Positions 24,403 to 37,074 of a stretch of DNA of 64,000 nt are shown piece by piece. The stretch lies in NCBI GenBank assembly GCA_024704765.1, contig JAKMXF010000222.1:1215930-1279929 (forward strand), given 5' to 3'. The DNA is from Oopsacas minuta (taxonomy: Eukaryota; Animalia; Porifera). The notes under the pieces were generated by a model. It ran no database searches and had not been told where the DNA came from. It saw nothing but the letters and a program-made list of their open reading frames with translations. Made by a program: the position numbers and the translations under genes. Position 1 is the first letter of the stretch. Every line of letters begins with the position of its first letter.

Positions 24403-25082
24403 TTGTGTGTCAAATAAATGGAGGCGAAATTATTTTAAGTACAATGGAAACCGCCTACAGCAATTCGTCTAATAGGAAAATCCGTCTACTAGTAACTTTT
24501 TTCATAGACATTGTGCTGTTTTGTATGGTAAATTAGTGTGCATAATAGCAAAATTCGCCTGTTAGCAAGGAAGATTAGTCAGTTTCTAGCTAAAGGTCTG
24601 TTAGACTCGATTCATATTCTTAATTTGTGGACAGGATTTGTTAAATTTCGGGCCGCGGCCGCGGTAACAAAATTCGGCCTGCATGCAACTCATTTTTTAG
24701 CACTCGAAAGATATTATCGAGGTTCCATTCGTTCTAATTCCTAAAAAAATTTTGAACATTAAAATTTACTCTGTATGTGGTAGGTAAACTAATACTGGCA
24801 CTACACATGTCACATAACTGAATGAAGATACGTACTAGTATTAAGATAATCACCAAAGTTGCAAGATACTATCACCATCAATTTTGTATTATAAATTAAA
24901 ACGATGTGTCACTTGTGATTTGTGACACATTTTACTACTTTTGTCAGCTTAGAATAGGAAGTATTAGAGTTGAGTGGGTCGAGTATGCAAGAACTTGTGA
25001 GCGTACACATTCTACTTCTTATTATATGTAGAATAGATATCTTAAGTATTTTACACTATTTAATAGTAATCCTTGAGAATTA

Positions 25083-26504
25083 ATGGGCAACAGTTCAAGA
25101 GTTCCTAAGAAGTTAGATGGTCGTGATCTCCTGGCTAACGAGAGAGATATCATCACAGATTCCTTTGAATCTGAACAAATTTCAAAGTTTTTTGCAGAAA
25201 GAGGAGAAAGTCAAGAGGGAAATGATAATTTTCAAAAGCTAACTAAACTACTAGTTTCTCCCATTGGTTCATCGCTTCGCTCACTACTCTTCCCCCCTAC
25301 AAGATCTAACCTATCCCGTGTACTCAATATAGCCGGTACTCTGATAAGAGGATCAGCTGTTGACAGATCCTCTCTCCTATCCGAGTGGATATTCCTCTAT
25401 TCACAATATAAACATGATGTAGAGAATATTCTACATTGTTTTGTAAGTGATTTCATACACACTTTGTTTACCTGGTCCCGATCAGCTGAGCATCTATTAC
25501 ACATCATAACTCCATTAGGCGAAACAGCTGATTCGTATTCTCTGATCAGAGTTTGGCTTTTCACTCGAGAAGATGGACAATCTGTGACTAATTATTTTCT
25601 CGAAACAGCTGGCATTATTGATAACATGACACCTGTTAGTAAAGACACGTATACAGAAATAATGAAGACTATTCTAGAATCTAACCCAGTATTTGATAGA
25701 ATGTTATCTATATTCAGTATTCTATTCTTCCTCTCTTCTCTCCCTTCTAGTGAATTATTACAGATATTAGGACAGACACAAGAACACTCCCATCCTCTCT
25801 ATGATGTAACCACACCCCTGCTACCTTCAGTTATGCCAAAGCAAACTCCTTTTCAAAGTATGATAGGCCCAGCATGTATGTCAGTGCTCACTCAATATGT
25901 CCCCTCCTTACTCAGGGGTCCTGCTAGACAGCTGTTCTGCAGTCGGAGAGATGGAGAGAGTTTCGCTAAGCTAACAGAGTGTGTGCTTAAGAAAGGACCT
26001 ACTATGTTGATTGTAAGGGACACAGATGGTTTCTTGTTTGGTGGATTCGCTAGTCAATCCTGGGAGCTCAATCCAAATTTTAGAGGAGATGGAGAATGTT
26101 TTCTATTCACAGTTCTTCCCAAACTTGAAATATTTAACAAACCTACTTTTTACAACAATCATTTCATGTACTATCAAGTCCATGCCGAGACTCTCCCGAA
26201 TGGACTAGGGATGGGCGGACAGCTCGACTACTTCGGATTATGGCTATCAGCTGATTTCGGAAAGGGTCACAGTCGTGCTAAACCAAAATGTACAACCTAC
26301 GCTAGCAAGCAACTGTCTAAGAATGAAGATTTTACTGTACACTCCCTCGAGGTGTGGGGTTTCGGTCAAGGCATGGGTGTAAAGAATATTCATATGAAGA
26401 GTGCTCTAGACAAAGATCCAGAAGCTATGGCACTGTTAGAACTAGCAGGCAAGACTATGCATAGTGAGGGTATTAGAGAACCAGAATCTGATGAAGAGAA
26501 GTAG
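25083..26504 (+). CDS. MEAK7: MTOR-associated protein MEAK7 / TLDc domain protein 1, intronless
   Basis: Myristoylation start MGNSS, TLDc motifs LFCSRRDGESF, GPTMLIVRD..FGGF, GLGMGGQLDYFGLW, KPKCTTY, and tail SALDKDPEAMALLE...HSEGIRE. Confidence 0.92.
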   Translation: MGNSSRVPKKLDGRDLLANERDIITDSFESEQISKFFAERGESQEGNDNFQKLTKLLVSPIGSSLRSLLFPPTRSNLSRVLNIAGTLIRGSAVDRSSLLSEWIFLYSQYKHDVENILHCFVSDFIHTLFTWSRSAEHLLHIITPLGETADSYSLIRVWLFTREDGQSVTNYFLETAGIIDNMTPVSKDTYTEIMKTILESNPVFDRMLSIFSILFFLSSLPSSELLQILGQTQEHSHPLYDVTTPLLPSVMPKQTPFQSMIGPACMSVLTQYVPSLLRGPARQLFCSRRDGESFAKLTECVLKKGPTMLIVRDTDGFLFGGFASQSWELNPNFRGDGECFLFTVLPKLEIFNKPTFYNNHFMYYQVHAETLPNGLGMGGQLDYFGLWLSADFGKGHSRAKPKCTTYASKQLSKNEDFTVHSLEVWGFGQGMGVKNIHMKSALDKDPEAMALLELAGKTMHSEGIREPESDEEK

Positions 26505-26594
26505 TTGTTATACAACCTTTCTTAACTTTAATTCTTCATTTGGTTGTATAATATATTTGATATTTTGATTACCATTATTAGCTTTTAAGATCTA

Positions 26595-29500
26595 ATGATC
26601 ATCAGGACAAGTAAAAACTACTCAATCTCTTCTTCCGATTCTGTGATCCGTTCAGAACACAGTCAACCTACTCTATTTGTACTTCCTCCTCAAGAAATCC
26701 TGAGATGTCCCATATGTCGCTCTCTCCTCTCAGATGCTGTCATCTCTACCAGATGCGGACATACATTCTGTTTTAAATGTGTCTGTCTAACGCCGAGGAA
26801 TTCTGTAAACTACACCTCTGCTCACCAGTCCACCTCTCTCGTCCCCACCCTCCCCCTGTCTACTACAGGACTCTGTCCTCTGGACCAGATCCTGTTCCAA
26901 TCAGCTGATCTAATCCCTAATCGAGCTATTAGAGAACAAGTATCCTCCCTGCTTATTCACTGCTGTCACGGAGTTAAGCTCTCAGACACTCTATCAGAGG
27001 CTAGTGATACGAATAAATATGTGGTAGATGATGAAGGGTGTAGTGAGCAGATAGAGTTAGGTAATAGGGAACAACATGAGAGCGAGTGTTTGTATGCTCA
27101 CGTCACCTGTTCTAACAGCTCTCAGTGTGGACTCTATAGGAAGAAGGATATGGATGTACATCTCAAGAGCTGTGCTTATACCATGTGCTGCTATTCACCA
27201 TTTGGATGCAACTTTGTAGGTAGTACTGCTCAGTATCTTTTGATTAATTTTATAAATTTGTTTAGGGCCAAAACGTATATTCGAAATATTCACAAATGAA
27301 TATATTTCTAAACGAATGAATATTCGTTCGTAAGCATTTACCACCTTCAACTCAAAATCTGATCAAAATTCAAGACATCTATGACTGTTTTCACGATCCT
27401 AATATCTATATTATTTAAACTAAAATATTCTGGTACGGTTTAGAATGTGTGTATTATACACAGGGTTTCATCCATGCATATGTGACGCGCCTAAAGGTGT
27501 ATCGATTTCAGCAAATATAGATCTAGGCGTGCGTAAATATGAGTGGGGGACCATATTAGGTGTAAGATGCAGAAAAGCTGTATGAAACCCTGATTATACA
27601 TAAGCTCGTCAGATATTTATATTTTTACTAAATGTAAGGTGTATATTTGAAGTTTTGGCTTGAAAGTATATGAATCAAACTCTGGTAAATCGAATCTGTA
27701 TCAAACGAATATTCGAATATTCGGTATTTTCGTTTAAGCTGTAAATTTATTCTTTGGGTTTGCTTAAAACTCCTTAACTCTTCCTAACATATACCAATGA
27801 GTTCTACAATTACAGAAATACACTTAACTCCCCCTACTGAATTATATCATAGAGCTACCACCAACGCGAAATTTCGCTAGAAATTGTTATTATTAATTTT
27901 CAGTCATTGATTCAATCATATCCACAAAACTAATTAACAGAACAGTTATTATCTAGTTAAGTATGTAGATTTTACTATCAATTTCTACGTACTATGAGTA
28001 ATGATAAATATGTTAATTCATATATCTCTAACCATGATCAACTCATCAATATCAGGGTTTATAAGGTTAATTAATGAGAACACCCTCCTAACGCTACTCC
28101 CATATTCTTTTCATAAGGCTAAAATCAGGATATATTAATTCATATTGTACTTAATAGGGGAACTAGGAAGGGACCTAAATTTTGAAGCTCCTATTTCTGT
28201 ACAAATCATACACCTAAAGGAATGACCCGTCCCTAGATACAGTAGACCCTCGCTAATCCGAACAGGCCCTAAAGATTAAACAAATATGAAAAATATCCAA
28301 AAAATTTGTTAAATAATAACATTGAATTCTACTATGGACAAATACATATTATTTTAATTCAATTGTCGGCAGCCTTTTATCGTTTGTGCAGCATCTTATA
28401 ATATTATTTCAATGCATTTCGCTAATCCGAAAGAATGTTTTGCAATTGGAACACTGATGTTCGGAATAGCGAGGATTTACTGTAACTATCTCTGATCAAT
28501 AATGATATACACTAGATGCAGGTTATAAGAACACCCGGTATAAGAATTAAGAACATGCCGGATATAAACACCATCTCCTGGAAAACGCTATATTTATGTC
28601 TGTTATAAGAACATGTATTGCTACTCCAAAGGGCGTAACCGGCGTCTTTACTCTTTGAATTATCACTCACATTTGCGGATTATTACCTGACTAATTTTAG
28701 GGTGTCTCAGTGCAGTAGAGTCTCATGAGAGTGTGTGTGTTAACAGGTCAGAGTCTGGAGTAGCTTGTGTTAAAGAATTGACTGATATCAAACTCCGTCA
28801 AAATGATCTCTCCTGCAGGTAATCACAACTAACAATATCTATTATTAATTACCATTTAATTAATCTTTACTATAGAGTAGACGAACTAACCGGTGCTGTT
28901 AAGAATTTACAGAACAGTTTCTGTTCTCAGCTGGAGCAGCAGAGCAGACAGCTGATTTGTCTGTCTGTACGAGTAGATGCTATTGAGACACAGCTGGGAA
29001 GGTTCCTATACGGGAATATATCAGATCGTAGAAACAGTTCAGAGCCAGTTCTAGACCAGGAGGATAACAAGAAATCTGGGGATCATACTAATGATACTAC
29101 CTCTAAGAATGGGGAATGGTTAATGCCTTTTACTCTAAAGTGTGTAGGAACCTTTCAGGTAATATTTCATGAGTATTGTATCTACTTACAGACAACTCCC
29201 GTTATATCGAATCTCAAGAGACCGCGCTAATTACTCCCATATAAGCCGAGTTCGATATAACTGATGTAGATATTTACATTTGACTGTTTTGGGCCATATT
29301 TATACAATTTCATGTTTCGATATAGCCTGTATTTTGATATATCCGTATTCGATATAGCCTGTATTTTGATATATCCGTATTCGATATAGCCTGTATTTTG
29401 ATATATCCGATTCGATATAGCCTGTATTTTGATATATCCGTATTCGATATAGCCTGTATTTTGATATATCCGTATTCGGTATAACAGGAGTTGATTGTAT

Positions 29501-32500
29501 TTTATTTTACTTATATTGAGTTTGACCTAAATTTATTTATGTATTTTAGCAATGTACTTACACTAGTTACTACGTAGTACTTTCTTCCACATATATTTAT
29601 ATAATTATTTGACATCAATTTGCTAGTCAAACAGTCGTTATCTTACGCTATAACTATAAATTACTCTTTTGAGACACAATTCTGACTAGGTGTGTTGGAT
29701 CACTTCCTACATAACCTTAGATATCCTGGGTTGCCTGACCACACCTCTATTAGTAATGTATTAGTGTCAATAGACAGAATATAGACTCCATAAATACACA
29801 CACTAAATCGTTAACACGTGTTTACATATTAGTTTGCTTATATGTTGGCTAGGATTTTTATATTAAAAACTCTATCCCTCAGAATAAAAAGTGACCTTTC
29901 ATTGATCTGAAAATGATCTTTCAACACACAAAGTGAATAGAAAATCTCGCCGACATATAAGTAACGTTTTTTTATTTACCTTGATTCTAAAATTAGTAGA
30001 ACTATTAGCTGGGAACTTGTGACGACCTCACTCTCCAGCGTTAAATTCACTGTTTCACGATTATCGGGGGGGGTTTCGCGATTATGTCGTTACTGCCATT
30101 ATTATTCTATATTTCAGGGATTCTACTATAAACTAGCTAGTTAAATGACATGACTGGATTACTATTCATTCTAAAGCTACCCATAGATTTCATTTTAATC
30201 GAGCATTGCTAAAAGTAATAACGAATAGTATATCTGATAGTCTGAATAGTATATCTGATAGTCTGAATAGTATATCTGATAGTCTGAATAGTATATCTGA
30301 TAGTCTGGTTCCAATCCTGAAAAGTGAGATAGAAATAGGGTGTTAATACCTCCGAATTTCAGGGAATGGAACCAAACGTAAACTATAGAAGAAATCCAAC
30401 TATTTGGTAATAGACTAATAGTTGATTTAATTCAAGAAACCTAATCTCAGCGTCCAGCCCTACCTCGTGGAAAACACCATGAATTAGAATAAATGAACTC
30501 TATATTCTTTGTTCTGCTAGTTGCTAGCCTTATGACAGCATCTATGAATATGATTTCTTGGTGAAAATGACTTGGATAAAAAGTAAGTGATTTCACTTTC
30601 GATTGACATAAATATTTTCATTACTTGAAGGAGCAACCAGTGGCGGGCCCATGGGGGCAAACCTGGCGTATACCCGGATTTTAAAATCCCAGCCGGTTCC
30701 CGGTTTGCAAGATCCTGGGACCACGACTGCCTATTATGTGATAAGATTTTGCCCCTTGTTTTCCCCTTTTGAACATCTTGGCCCCGGTTTTGCCCCGGGT
30801 ATGAAAATCCTGGACCACCCCTGGGAGCAACTATCATGTGAGGCTTATGAGCCATCAATACAGGAACTATTGTAGTGTTTCCCAACCATTTTGGGTTATG
30901 ATCCCTATATATTTGTCTTCAAGTACCTAAGTACAAGTACAGTTGAAAATTATACTTAGCACTTGGAGCCAACCCTCTTTCCCCTATACCTCGGTTTGAG
31001 CAATATTGAATGTACTAAACTATCACCAGACAGTAGGAAAGCATTTGATATATATTACATACAACGAAAATGCGTTACTTGTTTGACACATGACCCATGT
31101 AGTCAATGGATCATTTACCCCTGTTAACCCTTTAAATATTTTCTGTGCCGACTATACCATGTAGTGGCTCAGTACTGTTCACACCTTTAGAGATCAACAC
31201 GAAATTCGGCATGTATACTCGTAGTGACATCTAGTTGTGCACATGACATTTGAAAATTTTATGTGTATATTTTCACACCTTTTAGGTGATTAATCATATT
31301 TTCATAATTTTCTATGTAAATTTTATACTCATCGTGCTAGAGATTGGGTTTTAACGTGTATCATGGGCTCAACAGACATATAGATTACCCAATTGCAGGT
31401 TGTATGTACGCTGAGTCCGAATTTTGCATTTCCAATTCTAATTCACATATGTAAATTTATTCATTTAATGAATTTAAAGTAAACAAATAATCAAAATCTT
31501 GAAATAATGGAAATTACGTCCGCACAGACTGTAATTTGAGATTTTTAAACTGAACACAGTTAAATAAGAGACGTTCAAGCTTTACGTAATGTTAATGTGA
31601 CGTGACATACCGATTCTTTTGTATTACAAACTTGTGACACAGGGAGGAGATTATATTTTCTGGAATATTGCGTTAGGTAACGGTTGAAGACCTTTCGCTA
31701 ACATACATTTGTATATCTCCCTCAAACATAATTATAACTTATAATAAAAACTATAATCTATATTTATTCAATAGGGGCATAAAGGCAATATAACATCCTT
31801 GGTATGCAGTCCTGGTTATCTGATAAGTGGAGCTACTGATGGACAGATTAAACTATGGAATGCTACTGATCCAACTCGTGGCTGTTATAAGACAACTGAA
31901 GCTCATGGTACTTCAATCAGTACCCTAGCAGTGGAGGGAGGTACCCTATTTAGTTCAGGTAGAGATCTATCTCTGTGTGCCTGGCAGCTTCCTGGTATGG
32001 AGCTGATCTGTCGTAAGGAAGCTGCTCACAGCGAAGAGGTGTCTGCCATGGTTAATGTAGGCGCCATTCTAGTAACAGCTGTGTCAGACTCTCTCAAAAT
32101 GTGGCAACTTGAGGCGGGTGAGCTAGTAGAAGTTAAAACTATCCCAGACCTCCCTCACAAGGTACGTGCCCTGACCTACGCTAAGAAGAGAGAGTCTCTG
32201 TACAGTGGAGCTCACAACACAATCCATGTTTGGCAGGCTCAACACCGCTTCCCTCTCAGGAACAAGATAGAGTCTATGGGATTCTCTTCAATCTATTCTC
32301 TAGCTACTACTGCTCAATTCCTTGTTGTAGGTACTTACAATCAGAATATACAAGTACTTGATATAGGAACTTATCAACACTACCGTACTCTCACTGGACA
32401 CATTGGAACCGTTACTTGTCTCCTGACTACACCTCATGATCATGGCCAGTTTGTTTTCTCAGGCTCCCAGGATACCACTGTGCAACTATGGAATTTAGAA

Positions 32501-32629
32501 AACATGCTTCCTGTACAATCTTTCCAGAGACATGAGACTCCTGTCACAGGTCTTGCTCTGCATAACGATTGGTTCTTCTCTGCATCAGAAGAGAAAGAGA
32601 TTAAAGTATTCAAACGAGTTAAATCCTAA
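26595..32629 (+). CDS. TRAF7: E3 ligase TRAF7 (RING, TRAF zinc fingers, coiled coil, WD40); join(26595..27219,28701..28818,28876..29158,31775..32629)
   Basis: PTLFVLPPQEILRCPIC RING, TRAF-type Zn fingers, and LKCVGTFQ|GHKGNITSL joining into WD40 repeats. Splice phases are consistent. Confidence 0.88.
27461..27592. mobile_element. hAT MITE (132 bp), nested in an older inverted-repeat element (~27262-27743) in TRAF7 intron 1
   Basis: Perfect 11-bp TIR CAGGGTTTCAT and perfect 8-bp TSD ATTATACA. Confidence 0.9.
28240..28482. mobile_element. pogo/Tigger-like MITE (243 bp)
   Basis: TA|CAGTAGACCCTCGCTAATCCGAAC ... GTTCGGAATAGCGAGGATTTACTG|TA. A related degraded copy lies at ~57023-57085. Confidence 0.85.
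29189..29497. mobile_element. pogo-like MITE containing a 32-bp x5 minisatellite (29316-29478)
   Basis: TA|CAGACAACTCCCGTTATATCGAA ... TTCGGTATAACAGGAGTTGATTG|TA; unit TTCGATATAGCCTGTATTTTGATATATCCGTA. Confidence 0.8.
30223..30306. repeat. 21-bp x4 perfect minisatellite in TRAF7 intron 3
   Basis: Unit GAATAGTATATCTGATAGTCT. Confidence 0.95.
30638..30823. mobile_element. hAT MITE (186 bp)
   Basis: Perfect 8-bp TSD GGAGCAAC; imperfect TIR CAGTGGCGGGCCCA / CAGGGGTGGTCCAG. Confidence 0.85.
31130..31290 (-). repeat. Partial copy of the DINE-1/Helentron-like repeat
   Basis: The reverse complement aligns by eye to 18700-18935. Confidence 0.6.
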
Positions 32630-33259
32630 AATAATCTCAATTATCTCTGTATTTCTTTTAATAATACTCTCACTTTTCAACATAAACTGACTGATATCAT
32701 TCTGTATTGTATATTTCCTTGTTGTATTATATGTATCTTTTATTTCTAATTACGCATTTTATTGAAGTTAATAATGCTCTTTCATAGAATTATATAGTTC
32801 TTTGCTTACCATTTCACTTAATTAGGATTCATTAATAGATAATAGTTTTTGTGTTTCTCAAATCAAGACTAGTCCAATCGATTGACGGTGAACGAAATCA
32901 GGCTAGGCTGATTATGCAGCTATGTGTTGTGAGCTACGTACTCGTTTGAGTTATTTACGGAAAGATTATAGTCCAGATCGCTTATTATGACCTTGCCATA
33001 GCATGACCCATTAACCCTGCTTAATTTAAAATTTAAATACAACAGACTCCGCTTAACAGGATCACATCGGTACCAGACCATGTGGCTCTATTAATTAACC
33101 AGAGTCTGCTGTATGCCAAAGTTGAAGGTCCTGTAATGCTTTAAATGGTCCGGGACCAGTGATGGTCGATCATAACTGATCAGGGGTGGGAGAATCATGG
33201 CCTGTAAGGCGTAAGGATACCATAACTGGTCCGGGGTGAACAAATATGGCCGACATCAA

Positions 33260-33732
33260 TCTATATTATTACATCTCAATTGTTGTCAGTTTGTTTGTTT
33301 GTTTGTCCGTTGTCAGGGAAAGATTTAAGTATGCAATTTTGAAATTGTCGCATAAATATGTATTTGCCATGCTATCAAGGAATTGAATAGAATTCAATGA
33401 AACTTCACTAAATATATTGAACATGCTGAATCCGATTTTTCACACTTTTGGATTAATCAAATGTAAATTTATTGTTGTTTTTTATGAATATACAAAACAT
33501 TTCAAAATTGTGGTAGAAACATGCTTTCGATGGTTATACTGGGGTAATTGAATATGCTGAGTCCAAATATGATATTGTAACAACATTTCATAAATATTGT
33601 TCACTTTGGGGAGATAAAGTAAGCAGATTTAAAGATTATGGCAGTATCATGTTTGCTACGATTACAATTATGAGTTTATGTACTCGACGAAGTGTTCGTA
33701 ACCGCGTAGCGAGAGCAAGCGAAGCGCGCTTG
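33260..33732 (+). mobile_element. Helitron-like element with family 5' body but a different 3' end
   Basis: A|TCTATATTATTACATCTC start and family body to ~33590, then unrelated DNA ending CGCGTAGCGAGAGCAAGCGAAGCGCGCTTG|T. Confidence 0.65.
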
Positions 33733-34651
33733 TTATAAGCAATATTCGTAACAAATTCGATCAAAATCCAATTCAGCATATAGATATCGATTCCAAAGAC
33801 CCAATCCAAAAACCAGAAGGTAGATAGATATCCGGACAACAGAGAGGAGCAGGCTTGAAATTAATCCAATTTGAATTTCATCCCTACAGCTCAAATTGTG
33901 AACAAAACACACATAACAATCGAATATCATTAACTGATTCGATAAAAGACTAGATGTCGCTGCCAGATATAACCAGGAGATATGGACACACTAGGCCAGA
34001 TGGAGTCGACCATAACTTGTATAAGTAGTCCCCGGACAGTTGGTCGGCCATAACTGGTCCTAGACCAATTATAGCCACCCAGGACCAGTTATGGCATGAT
34101 AACCCCCTGATCCTATTTCTATAAAATGCACTTCGCTAGATTATTCTTTAGTATAATCATATTGGGTTTGCATTTCACAATGTATTACTCAGTAAATATT
34201 GATGTTATGAATCGTTGTACACTTTTCATTGGATGTTCTGATCCTGTGAAACCTACTAGCAATAATTATAGGACATATGTAAAAAGCGGTAGTTGCATTG
34301 ATCGTGCGATTGTTGAAGGATTGCGTAGATTGGTATCGGGGTCCCTTTCTAGGCACCATCGCTCAGTCATCAGGGGGGTAGCCCTCAGCCACTATTATCT
34401 CATCTATCCCGTCCAGTACTTCCACCCACTTACCTAGTTATCGGCCTTGACCACCTTACCAACGGCCTTCGGTTCCTACGACCAATAGCCATCAGCTAAA
34501 CTGATCATAACAACATAATTAGAACCTACATAACGCACCGAACTAGCTAATTTAATAACTTGTGTTGTAGAATCATCTACTCTCTTATTTTGATGTTATC
34601 TAGTTTCACAATCATATAAGATTTTACCAGTACTATATATTATATATTGAA

Positions 34652-35866
34652 ATGGCAGAACTATCTTCACAGGGGTTAAACACAAACAAAGACTTCCTAG
34701 CACTCCCAGTAGACGCAATAAGTGAGCTATGTCTCTTCCTATCCCCTAAGGATGCTATAAATCTATCCCGTACATGCTCTGCTCTACACCCTCTTATCAA
34801 ACAGCTACATAATGTATGGAGGGTATACTGTAAGAGGGTGTGGCTGTATTCAGGACCTTGTAGTCCAGGATCTAGCTGGTATTCAGAGTTCCTACACTGG
34901 ATAGATGGGTGGGGTCAGTACATGGACTGCTTTGCTGATATCAAGAGGGCATGGGACCTTGTGTACCTCAAGTTTCATCAATCTGATAAGAATCCTGATA
35001 TTATATTTCGCCCTGGAGCTAGTGAGAGAGTGTTATGTGACGCAGAAACCAGACTGGGATATAAACTACCCACAAGTTATCGCTGTTTCTTACGAATTCA
35101 TAACGGGCAAATGGGAGCTAAAAACTCCTCTCTCTTTGGTACAGAACTTCAATTCTATCACATTAAGGATGAAGGTAGCTATCTATCCCCAGCAGAGGAT
35201 CTATTACAGAACCTGGGGCTAGTTTGTATGACTAATCACGGTAGATTACAGAGCTATATGCTGTGTGTAGAGCCGAGCTCTCACTCTAAAGCTGGAGAAG
35301 TTAAATGTCATTCTAAGACAACAACTGGTCAACTTAAATCAATTAAGCTACACACATGTGCACCTAGCTTTACTGATTGGTTTTGTAAGTTAGGACACCA
35401 GTTCCAGAGTTATCCTGTTATAGACGGTGTTATAATGAGATTTCCTTACAGCTCAGAGTGTATAGCTACTACAAGAGGTATCTGTATACAGGTGGGAACA
35501 GCATTTTCTGACGTATACTCCCGTCATATTGATGACTCTCTTGTCATCTATCATATAACTATTTCCATGAGTGAGCATGAGAGCGGTTCTCTCGCATCTC
35601 AGTTGATCACTCGTCATTGGTCAATTTCAGATGAAAAGGGAGCTAAGGAGCCTATTGAGGGTCCTGGGGTAGTTGGATATACCCCTATCATATCTCCGGG
35701 TACTGTATTCACGTATACTAGTGGGAGTCATGTTGAGAGGGATTGGTCACTGATGGAGGGATACTTTACCTTTGTTAACCAACGCACTGGAGAGACTTTT
35801 CAAGCTAAGGTTCCTCCTTTCAAGCTTATTGTCCCTCCATACACCTGGGTACAGCTACCAATATAG
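34652..35866 (+). CDS. FBXO3: F-box only protein 3 (F-box, SMI1/KNR4, ApaG), intronless
   Basis: F-box LALPVDAI..LSPKD, SMI1 AETRLGYKLPTSYRCFLRIHNGQ, ApaG QLITRHWSI..IEGPGVVG..FTYTS..MEGYF. Confidence 0.93.
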   Translation: MAELSSQGLNTNKDFLALPVDAISELCLFLSPKDAINLSRTCSALHPLIKQLHNVWRVYCKRVWLYSGPCSPGSSWYSEFLHWIDGWGQYMDCFADIKRAWDLVYLKFHQSDKNPDIIFRPGASERVLCDAETRLGYKLPTSYRCFLRIHNGQMGAKNSSLFGTELQFYHIKDEGSYLSPAEDLLQNLGLVCMTNHGRLQSYMLCVEPSSHSKAGEVKCHSKTTTGQLKSIKLHTCAPSFTDWFCKLGHQFQSYPVIDGVIMRFPYSSECIATTRGICIQVGTAFSDVYSRHIDDSLVIYHITISMSEHESGSLASQLITRHWSISDEKGAKEPIEGPGVVGYTPIISPGTVFTYTSGSHVERDWSLMEGYFTFVNQRTGETFQAKVPPFKLIVPPYTWVQLPI

Positions 35867-37074
35867 AATGATTATTGTTTGTTTTATTTTTATTATAATA
35901 TAATTATCGAAGAATAGCTATAACCGAAATACATACGATTATATACACTTTTCTAAATACGCTAAATGTTCTCTGTACTTACAGTAGATTTATAGGATAT
36001 TGACATGATATTAGAAATACGTATGTAAGAAATTCCGCAACACTTTTATATTGACAATGTTAGTGCTATGGCGAGGAGGGCTGCTGAGCGCGAGTCGCCA
36101 CATTTTAATTACTATGTCAACAATGGCTGCCCACTTTCGGAGGGAGATGTTTTGTGTACAGAGAAATTTGTGTATAACACTACGACATGTACAGAGACCT
36201 TTATGCCTTGGATGCTCTTCCAGGCTATATAAACTTACTTTTCGAGTTGTTTTCGAGAGTAGTTCCCTTGGATTGGTGGATAAGAAGCCTTGGATGTTGT
36301 TTCAAACGTATTTTTCCGCACTATTCGAGTTCCAGGAAGGAAATTTCTGCCATAAATATCTGTACAGAAACGTCACACTAGCTTTGTACACAAATGTCAT
36401 ACTTTTCATGGGCTTCCGACGGCCTATACAGATCATAATTATTACTCCGTAGTTTAGGAGTGCACTTAAAAAGAACTTTCGCCTTGGACAAATTTCTGAA
36501 TATTTACTGTTAGCCTATTAGAATCCTCTATCACTTGCATCGGTACAATTCTTAAGAACTTTATTAACAAAATGGTGTTATATTATGTAAGATTGCTCAA
36601 TTTCCATCAGGTTTCTGCTCCACATAGGGTTACTAAATTTCTAGATTGTAGCTTTCTAGGATATGATAAATAAAGCTTGCTAGTCCTCTTAATTAATCAA
36701 GTTTGGGCCATTGTTAGTTGAAACATGTTTCAGCTCCACCCCCCGTATCTAATGTGCCCACCCACAGTTTTAATGAATGATTATGACGATAATGTTTGTG
36801 TTTGTATATACTTTAACTGAGCATTTCTACCTTTGTCTTCATTACTTATGAAATTTCCTAACAATTATTTCTAATACTTTTATTTGATTATTTCCCCATA
36901 ATATATGTTTACACCATAAATCAAGTAGGATCCTTATCATGATTTATTTCAAATCTATCTTACTGCTCTATATTTTCTTTATTCCCTCATAAATGCCTTT
37001 TATTTCCTTACTACCTTTAGTGAGCTGGAAAAGTTATTGACTTTGTTACTTATTAATTATTCTAGCCATAGCAT

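Noticed and set aside
27220-27299. 3' end of the ORF-track protein 26595..27299 (likewise the tails of 9058..9339, 9451..9807, 37075..37338, 38830..39084, 45805..45996)
   Set aside because: These are read-through into introns; spliced models give continuous homologous proteins.
29316-30306. 32-bp and 21-bp repeat arrays as possible CRISPR
   Set aside because: The units are head-to-tail with no unique spacers, lie in a eukaryotic intron, and have no cas genes nearby.
30517-30885. ORFs of 74-122 aa in TRAF7 intron 3
   Set aside because: They arise from the GC-rich 186-bp hAT MITE.
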